A stretch of DNA of 64,000 nucleotides from Mytilus trossulus (Eukaryota): positions 49,600,001 through 49,664,000 of the forward strand of contig NC_086381.1 in the NCBI RefSeq assembly GCF_036588685.1. Direction: 5' to 3'. Numbering within the stretch: the first letter of the stretch is position 1; each line of letters starts with the position of its first letter. Both the position numbers and the translations under genes were made by a program. Positions 1 to 13,904 of the stretch are shown in pieces. A model generated the notes under the pieces. The model was not told the DNA's origin. It saw only the letters and a program-made list of their open reading frames with translations, and searched no databases.

Positions 1-180
1 TTTAAAACCAGGTTAAATTCACCATTGTCCAAATAAGATAATACCTAAACCAAATCAGAAATATGGCAGTTGTTTTCCATTCGTTTGAGATTAAAGCTTT
101 TAATTTTGCCATTTGATTTGGGAGTTTCCTTTTCGAGTTTTGCTTGAGTACAGTATTTTTTTGTGATTTAACTTTTACTG

Positions 181-453
181 GACCGACACGCTGAGATATA
201 TTTTAACATGCTAGCGCACTATGTCACAGTGATCAACAGTCTGCAGGTAGATATATTACCTTAATTGGACACTGTATTCTGACTCCGAGTCGACCGGTCT
301 GACAAGTATGCTCTTACTCCTTAATGCCACATGATTGACAGAGAAGCGGAGAATACTAATGTTAAAGTCTATGATTTGACTTGTCCGAGGTTTTAATTCA
401 CAACGGTCTGCACTCGAGGCAAACACGTTACTACGAGACCACTGACAGATGCG
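181..453 (-). mobile_element. Degenerate tRNA-derived SINE
   Basis: The minus strand begins accgcatc..gtggtctcgtagtaacgtgtttgcctcgagtgcagaccgttgtg (tRNA-like head), followed by a taaggagtaagagca body typical of mollusc SINEs. Confidence 0.5.
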
Positions 454-1175
454 GTCCAGTTTTAAATTGAACTTAATCAACAAAATGCAAATGATACATG
501 TACCGACAGTGTTTTTTTTTATCTACGCAGAGAGTTTTTTTTATTTTGTTTTATAGATAATATTGAGAAAAGAAACAAGGGAATGTGTCAACGCGACAAC
601 AACCCGACCATAGAGCAGACAACAGCCGAAGGCCACCAATTAGTTATAGATGGGTTTTCCCTTTTTGAATGGTTTTACACTCATTTTGTGGGACCTTTTT
701 AGCTTGCTATTCATTGATAACGACGGTACTTTGGCCTATAACTGTTTACTTTTACAAATTGTTACTTAGATAGAGAGTTGTCTCATTGGAACTCATAACA
801 CATCTTCTTATAACTATAAACGCTGTAGAATATTGAAACTAAACATGAACACAAAATTAAATATTTAATCATTCTATTCCATTCTCAATTTTATCATAAT
901 AGTAAATCTTCATTAATAGACAGGTTATGATTGTCATTTGTCATACATCTATTCAAATTAGAAAGTTTTTAGTAGGCTACATAGAAAACAACATGATGAA
1001 TAATATACTTGCAAACAAAATAACAAAAACTAAACTATGAATTCAAAGTAATACAAAACTGAAGCTGTACAAAACATTGAAGCAATTGTCATCTTTAAAA
1101 GAAGTTGAGTTTACAATATACAGGAGTACAAAAATTTTAAGAATCTGTTGACATTTGAAAAATTTGGGTTTAGAA

Positions 1176-4100
1176 TTAATTTATCAGCCCAGATATCCTG
1201 AGTACCCATGCCTCTTTATTAGGCAACATGTTAATAGGTATTGCTGGTATAGTAACGTTAATGCCTCCATATTCGTTTGGTTTCCAGGAGAAATTGCCAT
1301 CATAACCTAACATGTTGATAACAGTTGTAGTCGATGCCTTAATTGGCGATCCAAGGACTAACGTGTTGTTGTATTTCGGCCAGGATACCATAATTGCATA
1401 CACATAGACATCTGATCCAATCTCTTTGGACGTGTACCTGTAAAATTAAATTTAGAATGTAAATGGGGAATGTGTCAAAGAGACAACAACATAACCATAG
1501 AGCAGACAACAGCAGAAGTCACCAACAGGTCTTCAAATCAGCGATAACCTCCTGCACCCGAAGGCGTCCTTATGCTGGCCCCTAAACAAATATATATACT
1601 AGTTCATACTAAACTCCGAATTATAAACAAAAAAACTCAAATTAAAAAGCATACAAGAATAACAAAGGCCAGAGCCTCCCGACTTGGGACAGGCGCATAA
1701 ATGCGATGGGGTTAAACATGTTTTTTTTTTATATCTCAACCATCCCCCTATACCCTATAACTGTAGCTAATGTGGAAAACAAACGCACAACAATACACAT
1801 AGTAAAAATCATTTTAAGAGTAAGTCCGAGTAAAAGTATATATATTTCCTTTCGTTCATGATGCTTTTAAGCTTTCAACTATCAAATCAAATATTATCCC
1901 GATATAGTATACCGATTTATGTGATGACGCAACGCAACTTATAACAATTATAAATCAATTAATTTGAAATAAGCCCTTTTACATAGGTATTTTTTCTTTA
2001 TGTGTTTGGTTTTATAGCAATAGTGTTGATTAGTTTATAGAATACATTTGTGATGGAACTATTAAAGCTATATTTTTGCCTACTTTATGAAATACAATGC
2101 TCAAGACCAAAGTGAAACGCACATATTACCTAAGGCTACTATAACACAGTCATATAACTTACAATCTCTTAGTGTACCTGTACATAGGCAAGGACAAGTT
2201 AATTTTTATTTCTTGTGGACAGTGCTGTCTCATTGGCAATCATACCACATCTTCTTTTTTTATTGTGTGTTTTATTGTTTTGAATACAAAAGACATAGAG
2301 TTAGGCATAAGCACATTCATGTAAAACTTTAATACAACTACACTTGTTGTCGGTACTAATGCAGGCAATCTAAACCATATATTTTTCGTTAATGTTTGTT
2401 TATACGTCCTCTTTTCCGGAGAGTTTGCCAAGTGTGGTTATTATATTGTCTGTTGTTATTTCCAATATTTTGATTAATTACTGTTCTTTTTTTCTATTGT
2501 TATTGAAATAAACTATAAAAATATGATAGCATATAAAAAGCATATAGATCAAAATGTGTTTAAAAGTATTCAAATCTCGAGAAACAATGAGAAGATTACA
2601 TTGTTAAAAGAACTGATACCAAATTGACACAGTAGTGCGCATGTACGGAAGTGTTTCAAGGGGTAGCTGAATTTCTTACCAAACGTCGCCATTCACAGTG
2701 TCGTTTTGATACAACCATGGTCTAGAACCATAAATAGCTTCACCGTTGACCTCAAGCCATGCACCAAGTTTTAACAAATAGTCCTGATACAGTGGACTGA
2801 TTGTCCCTTCTTTGGTTATTCCGACATTAATCAGTATATTTCCATTACAACTGAAAAACATAAGGTAAGATACAATTTATTACAGTTCAAATACTAGTAT
2901 CTGTTCATGCTACTTATTGCATGGTCAAGTTTCTTGACTCACTATAAAAGGGGGGTTATTCGACTTAGAATATAATGTCCAAGGGTTCTACCATAAACAA
3001 ACAAATCTAGTATTGATATAATAAACACCAAAATCTCATCTTCTAAAACTTAAATTAAGAAAATCATTTATCACAAATAAGACACCGACCATTCCGATTT
3101 TGCAAAAAAGAAAATATTTGATTTTTTCAGGGACGAAGAATAAGTTTTCAATGTTAACCGAAAACCAAGCTATTCTTCTTTTTTTTTAATAATATACTGG
3201 ATAAACATTTTTAATCAAATTTCCTTTCTAATTTGCTATAGGAACAAACGCTATTTTTACTTCAATATATAACATTTTATTTTCAAGAAATTAAGAATCT
3301 AGCAATCATCTTGAAAATAATAAACCCCTAACCACTCTCAACCGATTAGTGGTCGAAGTCAATTGTGAAGTACAAAACCAATAAACATGTCATAAGGTCA
3401 GGTTAACCCTGGCATAACAAAACAATTATCGTGAAATTCTATGAAAAAAATACTAGCAATGGTTTCGTAATGTGTTAAGCCTTACATACTAGTAGTGAAT
3501 GCCTAAAGTATTAAACCTGACAGACTATCTGTGGTTGCAATATCTGTTAAATCTGACAAACTATCAGTGGTTGCAATATCTGTTAAATCTGACAGACTAT
3601 CGGTGGTTGCTTAGGTGTTCAACCTGTAAGACTAATAATAGTTTTCATTTGTTAAACCCGACAGCTTTGCAGTACTTGCCTAAAGTGTCAAACCTGACAG
3701 AGTAGCAGTAGTTGTTCTGTGTTTTATGTGTTTAACCTGACAGACTAATATCAGTTGCTTTTAGTGTTAAATCTGACAGACTAGCAGTAATTGTTATGTG
3801 TTTAACATGACATACTAGCAGTGATTGCCTTAAATGTTAAACCTGACAGACAATCAATGGTTGCATTATGTGTTAAACCTTACAGCCCAGCAGTAGTTGC
3901 ATTGTGTTACACCTGATAAACTAGCAATGGTTGCGTTATGTGTTGAACCCGACAGACTAGCAGAAGTTGCCCTTTGTTAAACCTGACAGACTAGCAGTGG
4001 TTACCTCAACTGTTAAATTAGACAGACTAGCAGTGTTTGACTAAAGTGTCAAAGCTGACAGACTAGCAGTGGTTGCCTTTTGTAAAACCTAACAGACTAG

Positions 4101-7100
4101 CAGTGGTTGCGTTATGTGTTGAACCTGACAGACTATTAGCAGTTGCTTTAAGTGTTAAACCTGTCAGACTAGGAGTGCTTGACTTGTGTTAAACCAGACA
4201 GACTAGCAGTGTTTGTCTAAAGTGTTTAACCAGACAGAATAGCAGTGGTTCTCTAAAGCGTTAAACATGACAGACTAGTAGTTGTTATATAAAGTTAAAA
4301 CTTACAGACTAGCAGTAGTTGCCCTGTGTTAAACCTGATAGACTAGAAGTGGTTGCTATAAGTGTAAAACCTGACACCCTAACAATTATTAGCTAAAGTG
4401 TAAAACATGACAGATTAGAGCCCCAGTCGCACTGTTTTAAAAGCGTAGCGAAACGGGAATATACGTATCAAAGCGTAACGAAGCAATAATTTGTTCAAAA
4501 CGGGACCTGCCCCGTATGTTTTAAAAATTCAACAACAAACATAGCAAAAATTTAAAGGAAATAGAAACCTAGTAAATACGTATCAAAGCTTATCGGAACG
4601 TAACAAAACGTGCTAACTACGTATTAATGCGTGGTGGAAACGTTGGTCCACACGTACAAATACGTAGTAAAACGTGATTAGTTTTAACATATTTATTTAT
4701 AGTAAATTGGGAAACAAGTTTTGCAACTTATATTAATCCCTTTCCTTTCTGCGGGTGCGAGTGTTGCCTTGTTGCCTCTTTTTCGAAATCTACAAGGGTG
4801 TCGTTAACGTGCAAGAGATATGTGAATAATGGCTCTCTCTGTTAGCCATTCATCGTCACCCTCCGACGGACTATCATCGTTTCATCAAGACCATACTCAC
4901 AAATGGTGTCAGGGGGAAAGCCGTAAGAACGTAGCACAAACCTAGTAAAACCTAGCTTTCAAAATAACGGGACATTTTTATTCAAAACACAGCATTTTAA
5001 AACATAGTAAAACGTGACAGTGTGACTGGGGCTATAATATTAATGACCAAAAATTGCGTAATTTTTTTTATTGAGTTTTATTTTAATCACAATACTGATT
5101 GTGTCCAGGGTTTGGTTAGCAATTAAAAAAAACTTATCCTTCTTCCCTAGTCTTTTGAAAAGATGATATTGTAGAGTATTATATTTTAATATGATTATAA
5201 AATAGGAAAAAACGCACCTGACAGTTTGAGCGACCTGGGTCAAAAGCTCATTCATAGTAAAATATTCCGAAAGTTTAGAGTTCCTTCTGTATCCAGCAGA
5301 ATGTTTATCTATTGTCATCACGTTCTCCCATTTTCTCGCATGCAGTACCTCTGTGAAAAATATGTAAAACATGAGTTTAGTTTTTAAAATTGAACTACAT
5401 TGTACTAGCATCAATTGCTTTTAATATCATAAATGTGTCTCTTGTTAAGAAAACTAAGAAACGGATGTGTGGAGTAATTGTAACAATGCTTCACGTGTAG
5501 AAAAGTCCACGAGTACTACCGTTCAGATCCTTACTGCAGGGAACTTATTATAATAACATAAGAAATCATCTTTATATACATGTATATCCCTTCATTTTGT
5601 ATTATGACATTGGTATAATGCATTGTATTCACGTACTGTTTTGTTTGTGCACTTTGTTTTTAAGTGAAATATGATTCTAGTAGTATCCTTGTCGATGCTC
5701 CCCACTGATGGGCCTTTTTTATATATATAAAACGTTTTGTTTTGACCTATATAACACGCTTAATTGAATTTCGTAACACGAAAATTAACAAATTATTTGT
5801 GTTCATGAGTTGTTGGTCCTAGTTGGTCTCTTTTCTTCAAATTGCATTGTTAACAATGCTGCCAATATCATTGTCGTTTTTAACTCAACCATGGATTCAA
5901 TGGTTGAATAAATATTAGTTGATAATGTCCAGTGGCAAATAGATCATGCATATTTAGGACGAGCTATGGATCGAATCTAAAATCTCGCAAAGTTTCTTTG
6001 AGTAATGTGCATGACTGCATGTACCATCAAACCATCAAATACGATTGGGAAATTCAATGTTTTTCAAATCACAAGTCTAATTGGTCAATTATTAAAATCA
6101 AATAATACTTACTTGGATTAAATTTGTCTCCGCAATTAACAAATCCTCCATGTTTGCATTTGTCATTGAAACCCCATCTATCATTGGTGACAACATAGTC
6201 TTTAACTGGACTACAATGATATAATATAAAATAGTATGCATGAATCAATTTCTTTAATCGTTTTATTCTTACATATCATCTTTATTTGACTTCACCTTGA
6301 TTGAGATTAAAGTAAACCCACCACATAGGCCCCTTTCTATATATGTATATTCCAAACAATAGAATGACTTAGAGAGATGATAATGTAAGATAAGATAGTA
6401 TGCATTCCTTCAATACAAAATGTTTATAAATAATTATATGAAAGCGTTATCGAAAAAGTAAAGATACTCGTGCTTCATTGCCTCAGTTTGTATGTGTTAC
6501 GAAAATTGTTACTTTACCGGAAATGATATTTTTACATATGAAAGGGGCAAGGTATTGCAATCTCATTATATCCTACAAGTCACCTGAAAGTAAGAGATCG
6601 TACTAATTTATCATTTTTTATACTTTGTACCTGTCGTTATAGAGCCAAGCAAGAAAGTTTGTAGAGTTCCAGTAAGTGTCATTAGCAACCCAATCACCAT
6701 CTGACCATATGATTTCCGGTTTGTACTTATTGACAATCTCATACAGTTCTGGCATTGTTTTAGCCTACAAAAGATAATAATTAATTGATTAAGCAGACTA
6801 CCTTCTCTCGCTTCAAAATATGTAGATAAGGGACTGTAGAAATAATATAAAGCCTCGGTCACACCGTACCGGATAGCTCGAACGGACATATAACGGATAA
6901 AATGGATGATGAACGAATCTGAAACGGATACTAAGTAAATGCCAATTAAAAATTTCGCGTCAGAAATGCCAATCATTGGTATGTCAGATTTCTTAAAGTT
7001 CATGAATTCTTATTATTCATATTCGATCGTAGAGTATAGGCACGTCTTCACAATTAAGCAGTTTTTATTCAGACCAGACACTGCCCTTCGACAGAATTTT

Positions 7101-10100
7101 TAAGGACAAACCAAAAAGCAGTTACACACAAGCATTTTAAATATTTATGCGATTTACATGTTTTATTATTGTCGCCTTTGATTTTTCCGTATATCTTGTT
7201 CATCCGTTTTATCCGCTACGCTTCCGTTAGGTGTCTATTTTAAGCGGTACACGTCCGTTGGATGTACGTTCGACATCTGTTCTGTCCGGTACGTTTCCGT
7301 TTCTCGTAAGTTGTATATCCGGTGTGTGTCCGTTACACGTCCGTTTTATTCGGTCAGTACATCAAAAGACTCCCAACGGATAACAATTTTGTCAACGGAC
7401 AACTTTTATTTTCATCAGTCAGGCGTCCGTTCGTGCTATCCGGTAAGATGTGACCGAGGCTTTACGAATGATTTCTTTTCATTTTTTCAGTAGATTGAAA
7501 TATTTTCTGATACAAGTGTGGACACAGATTAGTGTTGATAGTACGTTTCGATGTTTGACAAGTGTTTTCTGACAAAAAGAGTTCTATGGTTCAAGATACA
7601 AATAGCTAGGATCGATACCACGATAATAACGCAAATACAAAATGGTTGTGTTCGAAATGAAAGAAAATAAACGAACGTTAACAAATCAATGAATCAACAA
7701 TGATGAAAAATTAATTGATTCTGAATGGTAGTTACATTATAATTATAGTCTGTGTTTACACCAGATTGTTATATATTGCAAGTTCTGGAAAAACAGATTT
7801 AATTTTTCTCAAATTATTTTCTAAACTTCAAACTAATATAAATATAAAAGTAAGAAGATGGCCAATTAGATAACTTTCAACAAGTGATAAAATGTAGTAG
7901 TAAAAAGAAATTATAAGCCTTCGTATGGACTTCAACAATGGAAAAAAAATATTTTGTTGTTTATAAAAGGTCCTGACATGAAAAGCAATTGAAAGTTAAA
8001 CATGTTTTATTTGCAAAAGTAGCAAAAGGGATTGGACATAAGTTATAACTACATTAGAGTCGTCCTCTCCCAGCAATTGAAACGAAAATACCATTAAGTT
8101 TTACAATGTTTCAAGAAGTTACTATATGGGATATATGGCTGCCTACAAAACAGATGAATATGTACTTCATTTGTAAAGGATGCTGTCTTTCAAGCAGAAT
8201 CTAAAGTTAATTGTGAAGTTGACGTGATGTTACAACATTGCCGCAGGCTATAATAGGTGAGGGTTAAGCGTTGAAAATTATGGTAGCTCCTAAACATTAT
8301 ATATGTGCTCGTCCCAAGTCACGTGTCTGTAATTCAGTGGTTGTCGTAGGTTGCCGTCTAATTCCTTTTTTTCGTTTATTGTCAGTCAGGTCTTTTTTTT
8401 TTTTTTTTGAATTGATAAATATAAACAATAGTGAAAACACGACTTTTGTTTCTATATATTTTTCTGTTTGAAAGTAGACTTGTCTATACCGGGAAAGTGA
8501 CCCTTTGTCTAAACGATCTTGTGTTCAATTGCGTTTAATTGCGTTAAATTGTGCAGATGGTTTTAGAAGAAAAACTTACAGCAACAAACTTTTGGGTTTT
8601 GAAATCATTTGCCTTATCTTCCAAATAAAGTCGATTGAACCACTCAAATAAAGAATGGTATAGTCCAAAATGGAGGTCTGTATTCTCCCTAATAGCGTCT
8701 GCAAGCTCACCTAAAAATAAAAGAAATCGCATATAATTTAGAATAATTTAATTTCGGATGTGACACGACTTTTGATTAGAAAGTTGTATGTTAAAGCTCA
8801 TAGATATGTTTTCATGTGACTGTCAGATCAACAACGGTATTTCCCCATGATTTTCTCCTTAAACAAGAATGGGTCCAAAGTACACGGGTGCCCCACTTGC
8901 ACTATGATTTTTTATGAAATGGAGTAAAAAAAATCTAATTTTGATGCCAAAATTAGAAAAAAACATGTCATAGGGAACATGTGTATTAAGTTTCAAGTTG
9001 ATTGGCCTTTAGCTTCATCAAAAACTACCTTCACCAAAAAACTTTTACCTGTAGCGGGATAGACGGACGAACGGACGGACGCACATACCAGAAAACAAAA
9101 AAACATAATGCTCTTCTACTATCGTAGATGGGGCATAAACATGAATTTGTTATTGTTAAATTATAAGTAATGATTGTAATCTTTTTTTTTTCTTTTTTTT
9201 TTTAAATTAAACTCCAAACTATGGTGACCCGATTTTACTTCTTCCGCATACACAGACCAAATATTACAGTCATTCCTTAAATATATTAATGTAATAGTTT
9301 CATTTCAAGTTTATTGTTGACATCGTAAATCGGTTGGTTATAAATTAAAAGTCACCTTTTTTAATAATAAATTACAATTAATTGATAACCACATCAAACA
9401 AGACGATACCTCTCTTACGTAACAGATATGTTTTGAAAGGACAAAAATGCATGCAATTCTTAAGTATTTGTCGATTTATAAAATTTATTTAATGAAAATT
9501 GTTCGATCTATCATGATATATAGTTACTGTACCTTTCCCAGGTGTATTTACAGATAACTTTTTACATGATTATACAAATCAAATGATTGTTTGATATGTG
9601 CTTAACGTTCAGTGGCAAATATTTCATGCGTGTTTGAAACGAGAGCAAATTAACCGACAAAGAACACAAAAGCTAGGTCCTATAAACGAGGCCGTCCGGC
9701 TTAAAGGTCAGGGCATTTTGGACTGGCACAAGCATATTTTTGGTATATTGGATAGGTACGCTACAGAAAACTTGCGGATCCCTGAAAGGGTTGTTACAAG
9801 TGATCTTATTGTACAGAGAGCGTGAAACTCTCTCTAAAGGAGCTACCATTTGATTTTTATGGGGGGAGGGGGGGGCCAGGATGAAATTTGAAAAAAATAG
9901 GCAGGACAGAAGTTTTGAGTAAAAAAAAAGGCAGGATGAGACACTTGCAAAAAAAAAAAGTCAGGACGACAATTTAGGTAAAAAAAGTCAGGATAAACTA
10001 AAACAAAAAAGGCAGGACTGAACAGAGTGAAAAATAAAAAGGCAGGACAGAGATTACAGCTAAAAAAAATGCAGGACAACATTTTTCATCCTAGCCCCCA

Positions 10101-12344
10101 CATACAAATCAAATGGTAGCTCCCTAAACAAGCCATCGTACTCGTGCAATGTCGCCATTCTGATCGGACGTGACTCACTGCATACCTATACATTGCACAG
10201 TCAATCGGACTTCTCTAATTTTAAAGGGTAATAATTTGATATGTATCTTTACTTATATCGTTTTGAGCGCAACAGCAAGCAGTTTGTTTTTGAGTAATTT
10301 TAATTGAAACGGCTTCTGGTATTTGCAAGAAGACATAGAACGTTCATGCTTTTCTTGTTCGTGAACTGACACTTAATACTTCTACCCCTTTTTGGGTCAT
10401 AATTGAATTTCTCTTTCCGTTATAAGAAAACACTTACCAACAATATCTCTTTTAGGGCCGACATCCATACTGTTCCAATTCCAGGAAAAATTGGAAGGCC
10501 ACATGGTAAAACCTTCATGATGCTTTGCCGTTAATACTACATACCTGATATGAAAAATAAATATGAAATAGAAAATGTGTGAACAGAGATCGAAGCTTTT
10601 ATGTTAACGAATAAAAAATAGAGTCAATGTAAATTGTTGAAACTATTCAAATACTTCTATATAAAGTGTTATTTAAAGTGTAGATTAGGCAAAGCAATTA
10701 TATATAGCATAGCATATAGCATAAAAGATTTATTTAAAGTCGGTTATACATATAACAATACAACATAAGCTCTGTAGCTCGCTATTATTCCGACATAGAT
10801 ATAGAAATACAACATAGTTATATATAAAAAAACAAGGAAGGTATTCATCTGTTATTACTTTGGGGGAAGTTAAACAGCCCTTGCTCCCATAGAGGATGAC
10901 AGTAAAATGCATTTCGGGTTTAAAACAAATATCTCTTGATTTCTGTATTACTGTATTAGGTTACATTATTGTTCAAAACCGAATAGAAAAAAACGGGTCA
11001 ATATGGGACATCTTAAGTTTCTAATTTGAATTTAACTAATTGTGGAAAATGCAAAAATCAAGATGAAATTTGAAAAAAATAGGCAGGTCAGGAGCTTTGA
11101 GTAAAAAAAAAAGACAGGATGAGACACTTGCAAAAAAAAAAAGTCAGGACGACAATTTAGGTAAAAAAAAAAGTCAGGATGAACTAAAAAAAAAATAAAA
11201 GGCAGGACAGAGATTACAGCTAAAAAAAATGCAGGACAACAATGTTCATCCTAGCCCCCTCCCCCCCCCCCCCCCCCCCAATTAAAAATCAAATGGTAGC
11301 TCCCTTACTGTGGTATAATCTGGATAATGCACGACTCAGGTGTGCATTAACTACTTCAATTATTGCACAGGTCACGTCCTTGAACTATAACATAATTCGG
11401 TTCAGTCTGACATAATCACTTGTACATTTTGTCTATACCCTAAGAAATATTGACTTAGTCGAAACGCGGCCACTTGAAAAAAGTTATTTACAACCTTAAT
11501 ATTTGTTTATGAAATAACACTTTCTATAGAAGTATTTGAATATTTTCAACAAACGATCAATATAATAATTTCAATAACGGTCTAACGATTTTTAAGAATT
11601 ATACAAGCCAGTTCAAATATAAGAACATCAATATCTATACAATGGGTGCAGACGACAACAGGTAATGCATGTTTATACATTTTATATGTATCATAGATGA
11701 AGTATTACATCTATGATTGTATATGTATAATATTTTAATAATTGAAGTTCATTTCTAAATTTAAAATATTTATGCATACAAATGTACAAGATTGTCCGTT
11801 TGCGATAACTTGAAATCCTGAATCTGATCCTAGTAAGGTCATTGTTTATGTTGACGACTGGTCTCTTTGTGCTTTGAAATATCAAATTACTTGTTTTGAA
11901 CATAATAGTATGTCATTTGGGGGAGGTCATTGACTTGAAGACGTATTTCTTATGTCCTCTTTATATAAATAAAATACAATGTACTTACTTAGCTCCAGAT
12001 AGTTTCAACAAATTCGCCCATTCTTTGGCATCGAAAAACTCTGCCGTTAATTGTGGTGCAAAGTCTGCGTACGTGAAATCGGGTCGATAATTTTCTTTCA
12101 TGAACTTCATTAGAATTGGACTTTTCCATCCTAACCACTGCTCCACGAACCATTCGGATAAGATCGAAGGGACGGAAAACACTCCGTAATGAATGAGAAT
12201 GCCAATCTTAGAATCATCGAACCAGCCAGGTACAGGCCTTGAGTCTATTGATTCCCAATTCGGTTCATATCTTATACATGAAATACATGCAATGAAAACG
12301 AACAGTAATAGAAAAGTCATAAAACATCCAATGCGTAGATGCAT
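1176..12344 (-). CDS. FUCA: Alpha-L-fucosidase (GH29, FUCA1/FUCA2-like), 8 coding exons, ~463 aa
   Basis: Hand-spliced exons, all GT-AG and phase-compatible: 12344-11989, 10544-10438, 8710-8580, 6764-6631, 6210-6113, 5350-5218, 2850-2680, 1437-1176 (1392 nt). Signal peptide, then [56 protein letters not shown] (nucleophile Asp), [20 protein letters not shown] and [15 protein letters not shown]. Confidence 0.95.
1445..1830. mobile_element. Dispersed SINE-like repeat (aaattgagaatggaaatggggaatgtgtcaaagagacaac family)
   Basis: The same sequence recurs at ~560-640, 40900-41050, 59088-59222 and, inverted, at 41990-42650. Confidence 0.65.
3490..4415. repeat. Minisatellite, ~35-37-bp unit, ~25 diverged copies (fucosidase intron 6)
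   Basis: Recurrent aaacctgacagactagcagtggttgc...gtgtt. Confidence 0.9.
4419..5033. mobile_element. MITE, PIF/Harbinger-like, with an internal SINE-like segment (~4690-4925)
   Basis: Terminal inverted repeats (TIRs) agccccagtcgcactgt / acagtgtgactggggct. Confidence 0.7.
6851..7461. mobile_element. MITE, PIF/Harbinger-like
   Basis: TIRs agcctcggtcaca..taccggatagc / gctatccggta..tgtgaccgaggct, flanked by taa/tta. Confidence 0.8.
8861..9139 (+). mobile_element. Non-autonomous Helentron/pearl-like element
   Basis: aaacaagaat start, subterminal tgcccca...tggggca inverted repeat, (ACGG)n microsatellite and a 3' ctactatcgtag hairpin. Confidence 0.6.
9837..10125. mobile_element. MITE with internal aaaaaaggcagga subrepeats; further copies at 11060-11306 (partial) and 12765-12975 (degenerate)
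   Basis: TIRs ggagctaccatttgatt / aatcaaatggtagctcc. Confidence 0.8.
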
Positions 12345-13444
12345 GTTTATATGTTGACAATCAATCCACTATGAGATTTCGCAAACAGCCACACTTCTTC
12401 GTGTGTGGAAAATCAAAATGTGAATATTTTCCGTGTCAGGACAATGAAATAGCTGTCATGTAAACAACTAATAATAGCTCAAGTCACATGAATAGAACTC
12501 AATAATAAAACCAAAAATCAGTTAAGCATGAAAAACATTTAAAATCGTATCAGCCTTCTGCTGTAATATTGTAAAAATCAATGAAAACATCAGGTAAATT
12601 TGATACTATGCTTTGTGTGAGTGCTAGATCGTATATTACGCACGTATAAGAAGTTGAATATATTTTACAATTTATTTCATATACAGTACGCGTAGTTGGA
12701 GAAAGAAGAAATATTTTAAAAAAAAAATGCATTCGATTCACCCGTATTAAACCACAAATATATTGATGGGGTGGTGGTGCGGGGCTAGGATAAAATTTAA
12801 AAAAGGAAAAGGGAAGGAGTGTTGAGTAAAAATAACAATAGATATAGGAAGATGCGGTGTGAGTGCCAAGGCAGGATTACACACTTTGCGAAAAAAAGGC
12901 AGGATTAACAAATAATGCAGGACGAAAAAGAGTGAAAATAAAAAGGCTAGACAGAGATTACAGCTAAAAACAATGCTTTAATCATACCCCGTAGAATTCA
13001 GTGTATATTGATACAGACGGCTGAAAAATGTATAAAATCAGCGAAAATCGAGTGCACACAAATTGTATTTGAATCTCCTATTTTGAATGAACAGTGCTTT
13101 CTGTTTCTATATTGCACACACAAAATAGTAAATCAATAAAAAAACAAATGGATTTTGATAAATAAATGCATTGTAGGGACAGAAGAATTTAATCTACACG
13201 TGAATCAACTCTAATCGTTTCTTCTTGTTAACATATAAAAAAAAGGAAAAGGAGCACGTGTTAGTCCTATAACATACAAATGTATGACTTCGAATTATTA
13301 TTAAAATTTTTAACGTTTTTTTTACTGATATTTTCATATTTTTTTATCAAATGCGATACAAAGAAAAGAAGAATGAAAAATACCAAAAAGTAAAGAGAAA
13401 ATATCAGAAAAAATAGTATTAGAAATAATGTTCACGAGATAATA

Positions 13445-13625
13445 TGTTCTGCTATATGGAGTAAATGCCAGTTTAGTAAATAAGTTACAGAATACAGCGG
13501 CCAGGCTCGTTACACGTACCAGAAAACGTGATCATATAACATCAGTTATTGTGTCTCTTCATTGGATTCCGGTGCAGTACCGAATACAATATAAACTTCT
13601 TTAGTATATTTTCAAAATCCTGAAG
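13445..13625 (+). mobile_element. L2/CR1-type LINE fragment (RT C-terminal region)
   Basis: Encodes LQNTAARLVTRTRKRDHITSVIVSLHWIPVQYRIQYKL, homologous to 38444-38600. Confidence 0.7.
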
Positions 13626-13904
13626 GACCACACTAGAACTAGTGAAGCGATTCAATTAGATCTTCAAGCTTATAGAAATTATTCGATTGAAAAAAAAAGC
13701 TGATAACCATTATATTCACTTTTCGCCTAAGAACTAGCTAGAAATTATTCAAAAGTAAATAGTCACTCTAATAATTTATTTATTACATTCTTATAAGAAA
13801 AGCGATAAGTGTAAGAACTACAAACGTCAAATAGAACTAGAACGATTTGACATAAATATTTTGGTGAATCTAAACTGGCAAAAAATTATTTAGATTCAAG
13901 CTTA

